Shown one piece after another: positions 8,824 to 18,353 of a stretch of DNA of 64,000 nt. The first letter of the stretch is position 1, and the number at the start of each line of letters is the position of its first letter. Source of the DNA: Flavobacteriaceae bacterium (GTDB lineage Bacteria; Bacteroidota; Bacteroidia; Flavobacteriales; Flavobacteriaceae); NCBI GenBank assembly GCA_002719315.1, contig PBHD01000005.1:155133-219132 (forward strand), read 5' to 3'. Below the pieces are notes generated by a model. It did not search any database. It was not told where the DNA came from and was given only the letters and a program-made list of their open reading frames with translations. A program made the translations under genes and the position numbers.

Positions 8824-9933
8824 ATGCAAAATAGAAGAAATTGGATTAAATCATCATTAGCACTGGGGGGTGTTTTAGTTTCTCCATCAAATTTTTTGAC
8901 TTCTGAAGAAATTGAATTATTTAGGCCTAGAGACCTAGAAAAAGTAGTCAAGCTTAGTTCAAATGAAAACCCTTATGGTCCATCAAAAAAAGTGAGAGAT
9001 GTTATTAATAAATCATATAATTATGCCTGTAGATACCCATATTCTTATTCTGATGATTTAGAGGAAATACTAGCAAAAAAGCACGGTGTATCAAATGAAA
9101 GTGTTATTGTTACTGGGGGTTCAACTGAAGGGCTGAAGATTACGGGACTCACATTTACAAGTAATGGAGGAGAAATAATATCAGCTAAACCAACTTTTCT
9201 TGCTATGATGGATTTTGCTAAACAATGGGGGGCTTCCATAAACTGGGTTCCTGTAAAATCAGATAAAGGATACGATTTGTCTGAAATTGAAAATAGAATT
9301 TCCAAAAAAACAAAACTTATTTTTTTATGTAATCCAAATAATCCTACTGGAACTTTAATTCCATCAAAAAAATTATATGACTTTTGTGAAACAGCAGCTA
9401 ATAAGACAATTGTTTTTAGTGATGAAGCTTATTATGATTATATAGAAGATCCTAATTATCCATCAATGATTGATCTAATTAAAAAGAATAAAAACATAAT
9501 TGTTTCAAAAACATTTTCCAAAGTTTATGGAATGGCAGGACTGAGAGTTGGGTATTTAATTGCAAAACCTGAACTCGCAAAAAAAATTAGAGAAAATATT
9601 GTTGCAAGGAGTAATGTTCTTGGAATTGAAGCGGCTAAAGAAGCTCTTAATGATAAAGAATTTTATACTTTTTCTCTAAAGAAAAATAAAGAATCAAAAC
9701 AAAGGATATATTCTTTATTAGATGAAATAAATTTAAATTATGTTAAGTCTCATACTAATTTTATTTTCTTTCACTCAAAAAGAAATATAAAAGAATTGGG
9801 ACCACAAATGATTAAAAAAGGAGTTAGAATAGGTAGGCCTTTTCCTCCATTTTATGATTGGTGTAGGATTAGCACGGGTACATCAATTGAAGTTGAAAGA
9901 TTTATTAAAGGAATGAAAGAATTATATACTTGA
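8824..9933 (+). CDS. Class I/II PLP aminotransferase (HisC-like) with a twin-arginine-type signal peptide
   Basis: N-terminus MQNRRNWIKSSLALGGVLVS (RR-x-W-I-K plus a hydrophobic region). Also NPNNPTG and the PLP-lysine segment SKTFSKVYGMAGLRVGY. Confidence 0.8.
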   Translation: MQNRRNWIKSSLALGGVLVSPSNFLTSEEIELFRPRDLEKVVKLSSNENPYGPSKKVRDVINKSYNYACRYPYSYSDDLEEILAKKHGVSNESVIVTGGSTEGLKITGLTFTSNGGEIISAKPTFLAMMDFAKQWGASINWVPVKSDKGYDLSEIENRISKKTKLIFLCNPNNPTGTLIPSKKLYDFCETAANKTIVFSDEAYYDYIEDPNYPSMIDLIKKNKNIIVSKTFSKVYGMAGLRVGYLIAKPELAKKIRENIVARSNVLGIEAAKEALNDKEFYTFSLKKNKESKQRIYSLLDEINLNYVKSHTNFIFFHSKRNIKELGPQMIKKGVRIGRPFPPFYDWCRISTGTSIEVERFIKGMKELYT

Positions 9934-9935
9934 TG

Positions 9936-10568
9936 TTATTTTTCTTTAACTATTATATAGGTTGCTTTAACTCCTGTTGCTAAATTCCATCTGTTTGAAC
10001 CTATTAAATTTCCCTGATCATCAAAAACTCTTACCTCTGCTGTATTTGGACCTGATGTCCCTTGATTGAGTGCAACAAAATCTATCTTATTAAAACCAAC
10101 TATTAGATTTAAAGAGAGGGCAACAAATTGTTCTCTAAGTAAAATTCTTGAAATAACTTCTTTATCATTTAACATTATTTTAATTAAATCACCATCTGGG
10201 GATTCATGATCTCGTAAGGCAATTTGAACAAATTCACCGTTATTTTTAAAATCTCCTAAGTATTTATCAACTCTAAAATTATTTGGGTTTTGATTTTCTT
10301 CTTTTTTCTTGTTTAGTTTTTTTAAATATTTTTTACTAGGATCAATAAATTCCTCATTTGGGTTATTATTTGGGTTTTTTTTGAAAGGATCTTTTTTTAA
10401 AAATGGACTTTCTTCTTTTGGAGAAAATAGATTAGGAGAATTATTTTGATTTGGAATAAAAATTTTTTTAGTGACATTCTCAGAATTTATTTGAGCACTA
10501 ACTTGATGATTTAAAATTAGCATTAATAAGAATATATAAGAATATGATATATTTTTTTTTAAAATCAT
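9936..10568 (-). CDS. Secreted hypothetical protein (low-complexity N/P/K-rich linker plus a C-terminal beta-rich domain)
   Basis: Signal peptide ending VSAQ. I recognise no family. Confidence 0.55.
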   Translation of the reverse strand: MILKKNISYSYIFLLMLILNHQVSAQINSENVTKKIFIPNQNNSPNLFSPKEESPFLKKDPFKKNPNNNPNEEFIDPSKKYLKKLNKKKEENQNPNNFRVDKYLGDFKNNGEFVQIALRDHESPDGDLIKIMLNDKEVISRILLREQFVALSLNLIVGFNKIDFVALNQGTSGPNTAEVRVFDDQGNLIGSNRWNLATGVKATYIIVKEK

Positions 10569-10670
10569 TTTAGAATTTAAAACTAACTAGTAAACTTTTT
10601 AATTATTAATAATTTTAGGACCAATTTAAGTATAATAATTTTATATTTAACATCTTAAAATTATAAAGAA

Positions 10671-12461
10671 ATGCAGTTATCTACTCTTGATTGGTCAATA
10701 CTTATAGTCTTTTTTGTTATACTTTTATCTATCGGTTTTTTTGCTTCAAAAAAAGCAGGCAAGAGTGTAAATGAATTTTTTCTTTCAGGAAGAAATATGC
10801 CATGGTGGCTTTTAGGAATTTCAATGGTAGCTACTACTTTTTCAGCAGACACTCCCAATCTTGTAACAGATATAGTAAGAACAAATGGTGTTTCTGGTAA
10901 TTGGGTATGGTGGGCTTTTTTATTAACTGGAATGCTTACAGTTTTTGTATATGCTAAGCTTTGGAGAAGATCGGAGGTTTTAACTGATCTAGAGTTTTAT
11001 GAGTTAAGATATGGTGGAAAAGGAGCAGCTTTTTTGAGAGGGTTTAGAGCAGTCTATTTAGGGGTTTTTTTCAATATTATGATTATGGCATCAGTTTGTT
11101 TAGCTGGAATAAAAATAGGGAGTGTTATGCTTGGACTAACTCCAACACAAACACTTTTAATTGCATCTTCAGTAACGGTACTATATAGTTCTTTGGGAGG
11201 ATTAAAAGGTGTTATTTTAACAGATTTTTTTCAGTTTACTCTCGCTATGATCGCTACATTTTGGGCAGCAGCAGTAATTGTTAATTTACCTGAGGTTGGG
11301 GGATTGGAAGAACTTATTTCTCATCCTGAAATTCTTCCAAAATTAGATTTAATTCCTGATATTTCTGATAGGGAGTTATTTTTAGTAGTCTTTCTCTTAC
11401 CTATAGCTGTTCAGTGGTGGAGCGTTTGGTATCCTGGAGCAGAACCTGGCGGAGGAGGATATGTTGCTCAAAGGATGCTTTCAGCAAAGGATGAAAATCA
11501 TGCAGTTTGGGCTACCTTACTTTTTAATTTTATGCACTACGCTGTTAGACCATGGCCATGGATTTTAATTGCCTTGGCATCTTTAATTGTGTTTCCTAAT
11601 CTTGACGATTTACAGTTGGCTTTTCCAGAAATTAGTAAAAGTATAATTGGCCATGATCTTGCTTATCCAGCTATGATGACTCTTTTACCATCAGGTCTTT
11701 TAGGGCTTCTTTTAGCTTCTTTAGCTGCCGCTTTTATGTCAACAATTGCCTCACACTTAAACTGGGGTTCATCTTATGTTGTTAATGATTTCTATAAAAG
11801 ATTTTTTGAGCCCGAGGCGTCAGAGAAAAAACTAGTTTTATTGGGTCGAATTACTACTGTTTTGTTAATGCTTTTTTCTTGTTTAGTGGCTCTTTTATTA
11901 AGTAATGCCTTGCAAGCATTTGCTATTTTATTACAAATAGGCGCAGGTACGGGATTACTTTTCATTCTAAGGTGGTTTTGGTATCGAATTAATATCTATA
12001 GTGAAATATCTGCTATGATTATTTCTTTTCTAGTGGCTTTTTATCTTCAAATTATTCATCCAAGAATAGGTTTTGATCCAATATCTACTGAAGGCCAATT
12101 AATTTTAGGGGTCGCTATTACAACATTTTCATGGATATTAATAACTTACATGACTCCTGAGGAAGATAAAGAAGTATTAAGAGATTTTTATAAAAAAATC
12201 CAACCAGGGGGCAAAGGTTGGAAAAAAGTAGTAGACAAAGCCAAAGATGATGGCATAGATTTAATAGGGAAGAAAGAAGCTTGGGATGTTCCTACTGGAA
12301 TTTTATGTATGATACTAGGATGTTTTTTTATATATAGTATTCTTTTTTCAATAGGATATTTCCTTTATTCAGAATATACTTTTGCTATAATATTACTTAC
12401 AGTATCTATTGTTTCATTATTCTTTTTACAAAAGGCTTGGAAGAGATTAAAAATGCATTAA
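10671..12461 (+). CDS. Sodium:solute symporter (SSS family)
   Basis: 596-aa polytopic protein with the segment GGGYVAQRMLSAKDE typical of SSF transporters. Confidence 0.8.
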   Translation: MQLSTLDWSILIVFFVILLSIGFFASKKAGKSVNEFFLSGRNMPWWLLGISMVATTFSADTPNLVTDIVRTNGVSGNWVWWAFLLTGMLTVFVYAKLWRRSEVLTDLEFYELRYGGKGAAFLRGFRAVYLGVFFNIMIMASVCLAGIKIGSVMLGLTPTQTLLIASSVTVLYSSLGGLKGVILTDFFQFTLAMIATFWAAAVIVNLPEVGGLEELISHPEILPKLDLIPDISDRELFLVVFLLPIAVQWWSVWYPGAEPGGGGYVAQRMLSAKDENHAVWATLLFNFMHYAVRPWPWILIALASLIVFPNLDDLQLAFPEISKSIIGHDLAYPAMMTLLPSGLLGLLLASLAAAFMSTIASHLNWGSSYVVNDFYKRFFEPEASEKKLVLLGRITTVLLMLFSCLVALLLSNALQAFAILLQIGAGTGLLFILRWFWYRINIYSEISAMIISFLVAFYLQIIHPRIGFDPISTEGQLILGVAITTFSWILITYMTPEEDKEVLRDFYKKIQPGGKGWKKVVDKAKDDGIDLIGKKEAWDVPTGILCMILGCFFIYSILFSIGYFLYSEYTFAIILLTVSIVSLFFLQKAWKRLKMH

Positions 12462-13777
12462 CCAATTATTATTCCAGCAATTGATGCTGATATTAATGAA
12501 ACAATTGTTCCAGCAATCATTGCTTTTAAACCGAGTTCTGTAAGCATTTTTCTTCTTTTAGGAGCTATTATACCTATTCCACCTATTTGAATTCCTATCG
12601 AAGCAAAATTGGCAAAACCACAGAGCATGTAAGTTGCCATAATTACAGATTTTTGATAAGTAAAATGAATATTACTATTTATGTTTTTTAGATCAACAAG
12701 CTGAGTATATCCAACAAATTCACTTGCCACGAGTTTAATTCCTAATAATTGCCCCATTATTGTGATATCCTCTTTAGCAACTCCAATTAACCACATCAGA
12801 GGTGCAAATAAATATCCCAATAAAAATTCAATAGAAAAGGAATCGTAGATAGTATTATTTTCTATCCATGAGTTAATTCCAAAAAGATTTCCAAAACCAG
12901 ATAAACCACCATTAATCATAGCTATTAAAGCAAGGAAAACTAATAGCATTGCTCCAACATTTACGGCCATTTTAATTCCTTCGCTAGTTCCTGCTGAAAT
13001 TGAAGATAAAAAATTATCACCAATACTTACATTTGAAACATCAATTTCTGATACAATATTTTCAGTTTGAGGATAAATTATTTTAGAGATTACAATAGCA
13101 CCGGGAGCAGCCATAACTGAGGCAGCTAACAAACTTTTTGCAAATTCTAATTTTAGAATAGGGTCATCTCCTCCTAAAAATCCTATATAAGCTCCTAATA
13201 CACTTCCTGCTACTGTAGCCATTCCACCGACCATAACTAAAAATATTTCTGATCGATTCATTTTATTTAGATATCCTTTAATTAATAATGGAGCTTCAGT
13301 TTGACCTAAAAAAATATTACCAGCAACAGATAGACTTTCTGATCCTGAGATATTTAGAAGTTTTGTTAAAAACATGGCAAATAATTTTACTATTTTTTGA
13401 ATAATATTGAAGTAGTATAAAATTGATGTTAGGGCCGAAAAAAATATTATAATAGGTAATGCCTGAAAAACAAAAATAAAACCATATTTTGAAGTATCAG
13501 CTAGTTCTCCAAAAAGCATTTCAATTCCTGAACCAGTATATTCTAGGAGTTTTACAAAAAAAACTCCTATTGTTTCAAAGAGTGATTTTATTACAGAAAT
13601 TTTCAAAACACTAACAGCAATTAAAATTTGTAATGAAAGTCCTATAAAAACTGTTTTCCATTTAATTTTTCTTTTATTATTACTAAGTAAATAAGCGAAT
13701 AAAAGAAGTATAAAAATTCCAGAAATACCTCTAAAAAAAGATTCCAATGAGATACCGTTATTAGGAATTAGGTCCAT
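12458..13777 (-). CDS. nupC: NupC/NupG-type concentrative nucleoside transporter
   Basis: Segments GQTEAPLLIKGYL and GFANFASIGIQIGG. Confidence 0.8.
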   Translation of the reverse strand: MDLIPNNGISLESFFRGISGIFILLLFAYLLSNNKRKIKWKTVFIGLSLQILIAVSVLKISVIKSLFETIGVFFVKLLEYTGSGIEMLFGELADTSKYGFIFVFQALPIIIFFSALTSILYYFNIIQKIVKLFAMFLTKLLNISGSESLSVAGNIFLGQTEAPLLIKGYLNKMNRSEIFLVMVGGMATVAGSVLGAYIGFLGGDDPILKLEFAKSLLAASVMAAPGAIVISKIIYPQTENIVSEIDVSNVSIGDNFLSSISAGTSEGIKMAVNVGAMLLVFLALIAMINGGLSGFGNLFGINSWIENNTIYDSFSIEFLLGYLFAPLMWLIGVAKEDITIMGQLLGIKLVASEFVGYTQLVDLKNINSNIHFTYQKSVIMATYMLCGFANFASIGIQIGGIGIIAPKRRKMLTELGLKAMIAGTIVSLISASIAGIIIG

Positions 13778-13800
13778 TTAAATTAAATATTTAATAGTTT

Positions 13801-14046
13801 TTATTTTTTTTTTTGTTTCTCTAAAATTTTTTTTGCTTTAACAATCGATTTTATTAGTGTACTTTTTGTTTCAATATATTCAATTAAATTTTTAACCTTT
13901 TCCTCATTTTTATTTTTCTCATATAATTTTTGTTTTTCTTCAGCAATTGTTTCTTTAATATCTTTGTATGTTTTTACAATAAAAGCTATAATTATAAATA
14001 CAGCAGCAATTAAAACAACAGTTTCTTCTAAATCGTTTAAATACAT
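13801..14046 (-). CDS. Hypothetical small protein (N-terminal TM helix plus Lys/Glu coiled coil); coding status uncertain
   Basis: 81-aa ORF upstream of nupC. Its start codon overlaps the TonB-receptor start head-to-head, and a TAnnTTTG box for the receptor lies inside it. Confidence 0.3.
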   Translation of the reverse strand: MYLNDLEETVVLIAAVFIIIAFIVKTYKDIKETIAEEKQKLYEKNKNEEKVKNLIEYIETKSTLIKSIVKAKKILEKQKKK

Positions 14047-16102
14047 GATTTTATCTAGATATAGATTTAATTTTAATAAGTTAGGTTTTTTTGATCATAT
14101 TCTTTTAATATCAATTATATTTTGTTTTAACATATTTAATGGTCAACAAAAATCAATAACCTCCACTATTACTTTATCAGAAGTGGTAATTAATTCTTTA
14201 AATAATCCATCAAACTATAGTTTAACTCCATTTTCCGTTACAAAAATTGATTTTCAAAATCAACAATCAATTAAACAACAAAATTCTTTTAACGAGTATT
14301 TGACAAATATACCGGGTCTTTTTGCTTTAAATGCAAATAATTTTGCCCAAGATTTAAGAGTTTCTATAAGAGGTTTTGGTTCTAGGGCTGCATTTGGGAT
14401 AAGAGGGATAAAAATTATTGTAGACGGAATACCTGAGACAACTCCTGATGGACAAGGTCAAATTGATAATTTACCATTATCATTAATAGACAATATTGAA
14501 GTAATAAGAGGGCCCTCATCGAGTATTTATGGCAATGCTTCAGGAGGGGTAATTTTTATATCTACATTTGACAGTATAAAAGGAGGATTCCCCCAATTTA
14601 GATCGACCTTTGGGTCTTATGGTATGAAAAGGCTTTCTTTTGATGCCAGAATACATGGAAAAAAGACATTAGCAATTTTTCATCAAAATTTTATTAAACA
14701 AAATGGCTTTAGAGACCATAGTAAATACAGCCAAAGAATATTTAATTTGAAGGTTAAACACAAATTATCTCAGAACACAAAATTAGATTGGCAATTAAAT
14801 TATACTAATAGTCCATTGGCTCAGGATCCAGGAAGTTTAGATTTTGAATCTTTAAAAAATAATAGAAAATCTTATAGACAAAGAAATAAAGATTATGACG
14901 CTGGAGAAAAAATTAAACATTTTAAGACAGGATTAAATTTGAAAACTAGTTTAAGAAATAATTTATTACTTAATAATTATATTTTTTATTCTAAAAGAGA
15001 TTTTGATGGAAAATTGCCATTTAAAAATGGAGGGATTATAGATTTAGAAAGAAACTATTACGGCTTTGGAAGTAGCTTAGATTTTAGTAAAGAAAAAAAT
15101 CAATTTAAACATAAAACTAAATTTGGAATAGAATATTTATCGCAAGAGGATCAGCGAGATAGATATGAAAACAATTTTGGTGAAAAAGGTTTAATCACTT
15201 TTTCTCAATTAGAGTTTTTTAAAAATTTTGGCATATATCTTTTATCAAATTTAAATTTTAAAAAGTTATTTTTTCAGTTAGGATTGCGTTACGATAATCA
15301 AAATATTGGAACTAATGAAATTGGTAATGACATTTATTACAGTTCAATTAACCCTAGTATTGGAGTAAGTTATTTGGCAGGTCAAAAAAATAGAATTTTT
15401 GCAAATTTTTCGACAAGTTTTGAATCACCTTCATTAAGTGAACTTTCCTCAAACCCTTCTGGAGAAGAAGGTCTAAATAAAGAATTAAACCCTTCAAAAG
15501 CAAAAAATTATGAAATAGGGTGGAGATTTTTTGGAAAAAATATTATTGTTGAAACAACTCTATTTTATATTAATTCATCTAATGAATTATTGCCATATGA
15601 ATTAGAAGAATTTCCAGGCAGGTCTTTTTATAGAAATGCAGGTTCGACTAATCGAACTGGAGTAGAAGTGTCTTATAAAAGATCTTGGAAAAAATTTAAT
15701 ATGATTAGATCATTAAGTTATGCAAAATATATTTTTGATGATTATATAAAAAAAGGTGAAGATTTAAGTGGAAAAAATATTCCAGGGATTCCAAGTATGA
15801 CAAGAAATTTTGAATTGAATTATGAAAATAATGGATGGAAAGCCCAATTTAGTTACAATAATATTGGAAAATTTTATGCTGAAGATGAAAATCAAGTTAA
15901 GATTGATTCATACAGCATTTTTAACTTTCAATCAAGTAAAACTTTTTATAATAATTGGGGAGAAATATTGATATCTGGAGGAGTAAAAAATATTTTAAAC
16001 AAAGATTATTATGATAATATCCGAATTAATGCATTTGGCGGAAGGTATTATGAGGCTGCGCCAGGAAGGAATTTTTTTACTAGTTTAATGGTTAAATTAT
16101 AA
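14045..16102 (+). CDS. TonB-dependent receptor (small, about 685 aa class)
   Basis: Plug-domain segments RGFGSRAAFGIRGIKIIVDGIP and VIRGPSSSIYGNASGGVI, followed by a long beta-barrel region. Start moved to the ATG at 14045 (MILSRYRF..., signal-like LLISIIFCFNIF). A candidate -7 box TATCTTTG lies at 13959-13966. Confidence 0.8.
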   Translation: MILSRYRFNFNKLGFFDHILLISIIFCFNIFNGQQKSITSTITLSEVVINSLNNPSNYSLTPFSVTKIDFQNQQSIKQQNSFNEYLTNIPGLFALNANNFAQDLRVSIRGFGSRAAFGIRGIKIIVDGIPETTPDGQGQIDNLPLSLIDNIEVIRGPSSSIYGNASGGVIFISTFDSIKGGFPQFRSTFGSYGMKRLSFDARIHGKKTLAIFHQNFIKQNGFRDHSKYSQRIFNLKVKHKLSQNTKLDWQLNYTNSPLAQDPGSLDFESLKNNRKSYRQRNKDYDAGEKIKHFKTGLNLKTSLRNNLLLNNYIFYSKRDFDGKLPFKNGGIIDLERNYYGFGSSLDFSKEKNQFKHKTKFGIEYLSQEDQRDRYENNFGEKGLITFSQLEFFKNFGIYLLSNLNFKKLFFQLGLRYDNQNIGTNEIGNDIYYSSINPSIGVSYLAGQKNRIFANFSTSFESPSLSELSSNPSGEEGLNKELNPSKAKNYEIGWRFFGKNIIVETTLFYINSSNELLPYELEEFPGRSFYRNAGSTNRTGVEVSYKRSWKKFNMIRSLSYAKYIFDDYIKKGEDLSGKNIPGIPSMTRNFELNYENNGWKAQFSYNNIGKFYAEDENQVKIDSYSIFNFQSSKTFYNNWGEILISGGVKNILNKDYYDNIRINAFGGRYYEAAPGRNFFTSLMVKL

Positions 16103-16107
16103 AATAG

Positions 16108-17037
16108 GTGAGAAGGTATAAAGTATATTTTTTTTTAATTCCTTTATTTTATTTTCAAATAATTATAGGACAAAAAAGTTCTTTTAGTATTAATATTCTT
16201 GGCACAATTCAAGATGGAGGATCTCCTCATATTGGTTGTAATAAAAAATGTTGTAAACTATTATCTCAAGAAGAAAAAAATAAAAGATTAGTAAGCTCTT
16301 TGGGTTTAGTTGACCTAGAAAACAATAAGTTTTTTTTATTTGATGCAACTCCAGACATTGAAAAACAAATAAGGTTATTAAATAATAATTTTAAAAAACA
16401 ATTAAAACTTGAGGGAATTTTTTTAACCCATGCTCACATAGGTCATTATTCTGGTTTAATGTATTTGGGCAAGGAAGCATTGGGAGCCAATAGGGTAAAT
16501 GTTTTTGCTATGCAAAGAATGTCAAATTTTTTAAAAAATAATGGACCTTGGTCTCAGCTTGTGGATGACCAAAATATTTTGATAAAAAAAATGACAGAAA
16601 ATAAAAATGTAGTCTTAAATAAAAATATTTCGGTAATTCCAGTTAAGGTTCCTCACAGGGATGAATTTTCAGAAACAGTCGGGTTTTATATTAAAGGAAT
16701 AAACAAAACAGCTTTATTTTTGCCAGATATTGATAAGTGGAATAAATGGAATAAATCGCTTATTAAAGTTTTGAAAGACGTAGATTTTGCTTTTATTGAC
16801 GCAACTTTTTATGATAATAAAGAAATAAATAATAGGGATATTTCAGAAATACCTCATCCTTTTGTTATAGAGACAATGAATTTATTAAAGGATTTATCAA
16901 TTTCAGAAAAAAAAAAAATTTATTTAATACATTTAAATCATACTAATCCTCTTCTAGACGCTTCAAGTCAAGAATATAAAAAAGTCATAAATTTTGGATT
17001 TAATATTGCTCAGATTGGCATGAGTTTTTATTTGTAA
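16108..17037 (+). CDS. Secreted PqqB-like metallo-beta-lactamase-fold protein (GTG start)
   Basis: N-terminal signal peptide. ILGTIQDGGSPHIGCNKKCC resembles the PqqB N-terminal GSAAGGGFPQWNCNC motif. The MBL motif is THAHIGHYSG. Confidence 0.7.
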   Translation: MRRYKVYFFLIPLFYFQIIIGQKSSFSINILGTIQDGGSPHIGCNKKCCKLLSQEEKNKRLVSSLGLVDLENNKFFLFDATPDIEKQIRLLNNNFKKQLKLEGIFLTHAHIGHYSGLMYLGKEALGANRVNVFAMQRMSNFLKNNGPWSQLVDDQNILIKKMTENKNVVLNKNISVIPVKVPHRDEFSETVGFYIKGINKTALFLPDIDKWNKWNKSLIKVLKDVDFAFIDATFYDNKEINNRDISEIPHPFVIETMNLLKDLSISEKKKIYLIHLNHTNPLLDASSQEYKKVINFGFNIAQIGMSFYL

Positions 17038-17051
17038 TATAAAATGAAATC

Positions 17052-18353
17052 ATGAAAATTCACACTTTAATCATTTGTTGTTTTTTAAATATCTTTTTTT
17101 CTTTTTCTCAAAAATTCAATAAAAGAATTGAAAGAAAGATAAAAAAAATTGAATCTTTAGAAGGGGCTCATATTGCTATTAGTCTAATGGATTTAAATAG
17201 CGGGAAAAAATTAGCTGCAATTGATGAGAATAAATATATGAACCCGGCTTCAAATACTAAACTTTTAACTTTTTTAGCTTCTATTAATTCTTTTGACAGT
17301 ATTCCTTCCATTAAATATTATATTGAAAACGACACAATATTAAATTTTAAATCTACTGGTTTTCCATTATTACTTCATCCTATTTATCAAGATTTAAATC
17401 TTTTTAAATTTTTTCAAAATGATTATCGTTTGGTTTACCATAATTCAAAAGAAGAAATACCAAAATATGGCCCTGGTTGGTCTTGGGATGATTATAATCA
17501 TTACTTCTCTTCAGAGATTAGTAAGTTTCCAATTTACGGAAATGCTGTTTCTTTTTATAAGGATTCTTTAAGTTCAAATATTGAAACATTCCCTAAGTAT
17601 TTTAATAATAAATTAAAATTTGTTGATGCAGATGATGAGACTTTAATAGAAAGGAATAAGGACAAAAATTTTTACACAATTAATAGGAGAAATTGGAAAA
17701 TAAAAGATTCAATTAAAATGCCTTTTATAACTTCTGATTCATTATTTACAAATTTGTTATCTCTAGCTCTTAATAAGAGTGTAGATGTTATAGATGAAAA
17801 ATATAATTCAAAAATTAATTGGGAGACTTTATATACTAATTACGATAAAAACCTCTACAAAGCACTACTTCAGAACAGTGATAATTTAATAGCTGAATCA
17901 TTACTTCTAATTATTAGCAATGATAAGTTCCAATCTTTTGATCGCAATCTTGCAATTGAGTTTTTTAAAAATGAATGGTCTTCTTTTTTAAAGGATCCAC
18001 TTATTTGGGTTGATGGATCTGGAGTTTCAAGATATAATCTTATTACCTCAAGAAATCTTATTTCTGTTTTATTTGAAATACACAAAAAAATTGGATGGAA
18101 AGGAGTTAGTAATTTATTTCCAGTTGGAGGAATTTCAGGAACAATAAAAGATTATTATAAATTAAAAAACAAACCATTTGTTTTTGCAAAGACAGGAACA
18201 TTAAGAAACAATCATAATTTATCTGGATTTTTAATTGGAAAATCAAAAAAGAAACTTATTTTTTCAATTATGGTTAATCACCATAAAAGTTCTAGCACAG
18301 AGGTTAAAAAAGGAATAGCAGATTTACTTTTTTATCTTAGAAAAAGACTTTAA
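17052..18353 (+). CDS. dacB: D-alanyl-D-alanine carboxypeptidase/endopeptidase, PBP4 type (peptidase S13)
   Basis: SxxK (PASNTK), SxN (NSDNLIAE) and KTG (AKTGTL) motifs in the correct order, plus a signal peptide. Confidence 0.8.
   Translation: MKIHTLIICCFLNIFFSFSQKFNKRIERKIKKIESLEGAHIAISLMDLNSGKKLAAIDENKYMNPASNTKLLTFLASINSFDSIPSIKYYIENDTILNFKSTGFPLLLHPIYQDLNLFKFFQNDYRLVYHNSKEEIPKYGPGWSWDDYNHYFSSEISKFPIYGNAVSFYKDSLSSNIETFPKYFNNKLKFVDADDETLIERNKDKNFYTINRRNWKIKDSIKMPFITSDSLFTNLLSLALNKSVDVIDEKYNSKINWETLYTNYDKNLYKALLQNSDNLIAESLLLIISNDKFQSFDRNLAIEFFKNEWSSFLKDPLIWVDGSGVSRYNLITSRNLISVLFEIHKKIGWKGVSNLFPVGGISGTIKDYYKLKNKPFVFAKTGTLRNNHNLSGFLIGKSKKKLIFSIMVNHHKSSSTEVKKGIADLLFYLRKRL

Noticed and set aside
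10661-10858. A 65-aa ORF on the - strand overlapping the start of the SSS transporter.
   Set aside because: It is antisense to the well-supported N-terminus of the symporter and has no motifs.
13964-14044. The upstream ATG (13964) given by the ORF track as the TonB-receptor start.
   Set aside because: The extra 27 residues (MYVFTIKAIIINTAAIKTTVSSKSFKY) precede a better Met followed by a signal-like segment. A TAnnTTTG box would fall at the very start of the extended ORF.
16917-16928. Homopolymeric A/T tracts as phase-variation switches. Examples: A12 at 16917-16928, A12 at 8785-8796, A10 at 47170-47179, A8T9 at 51394-51410 and A9 at 36172-36180.
   Set aside because: In a genome this AT-rich, Lys (AAA) and Phe (TTT) runs generate such tracts everywhere, including in core genes. 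They are not concentrated at the 5' ends of glycan genes, and there is no evidence of length heterogeneity in a single sequence.
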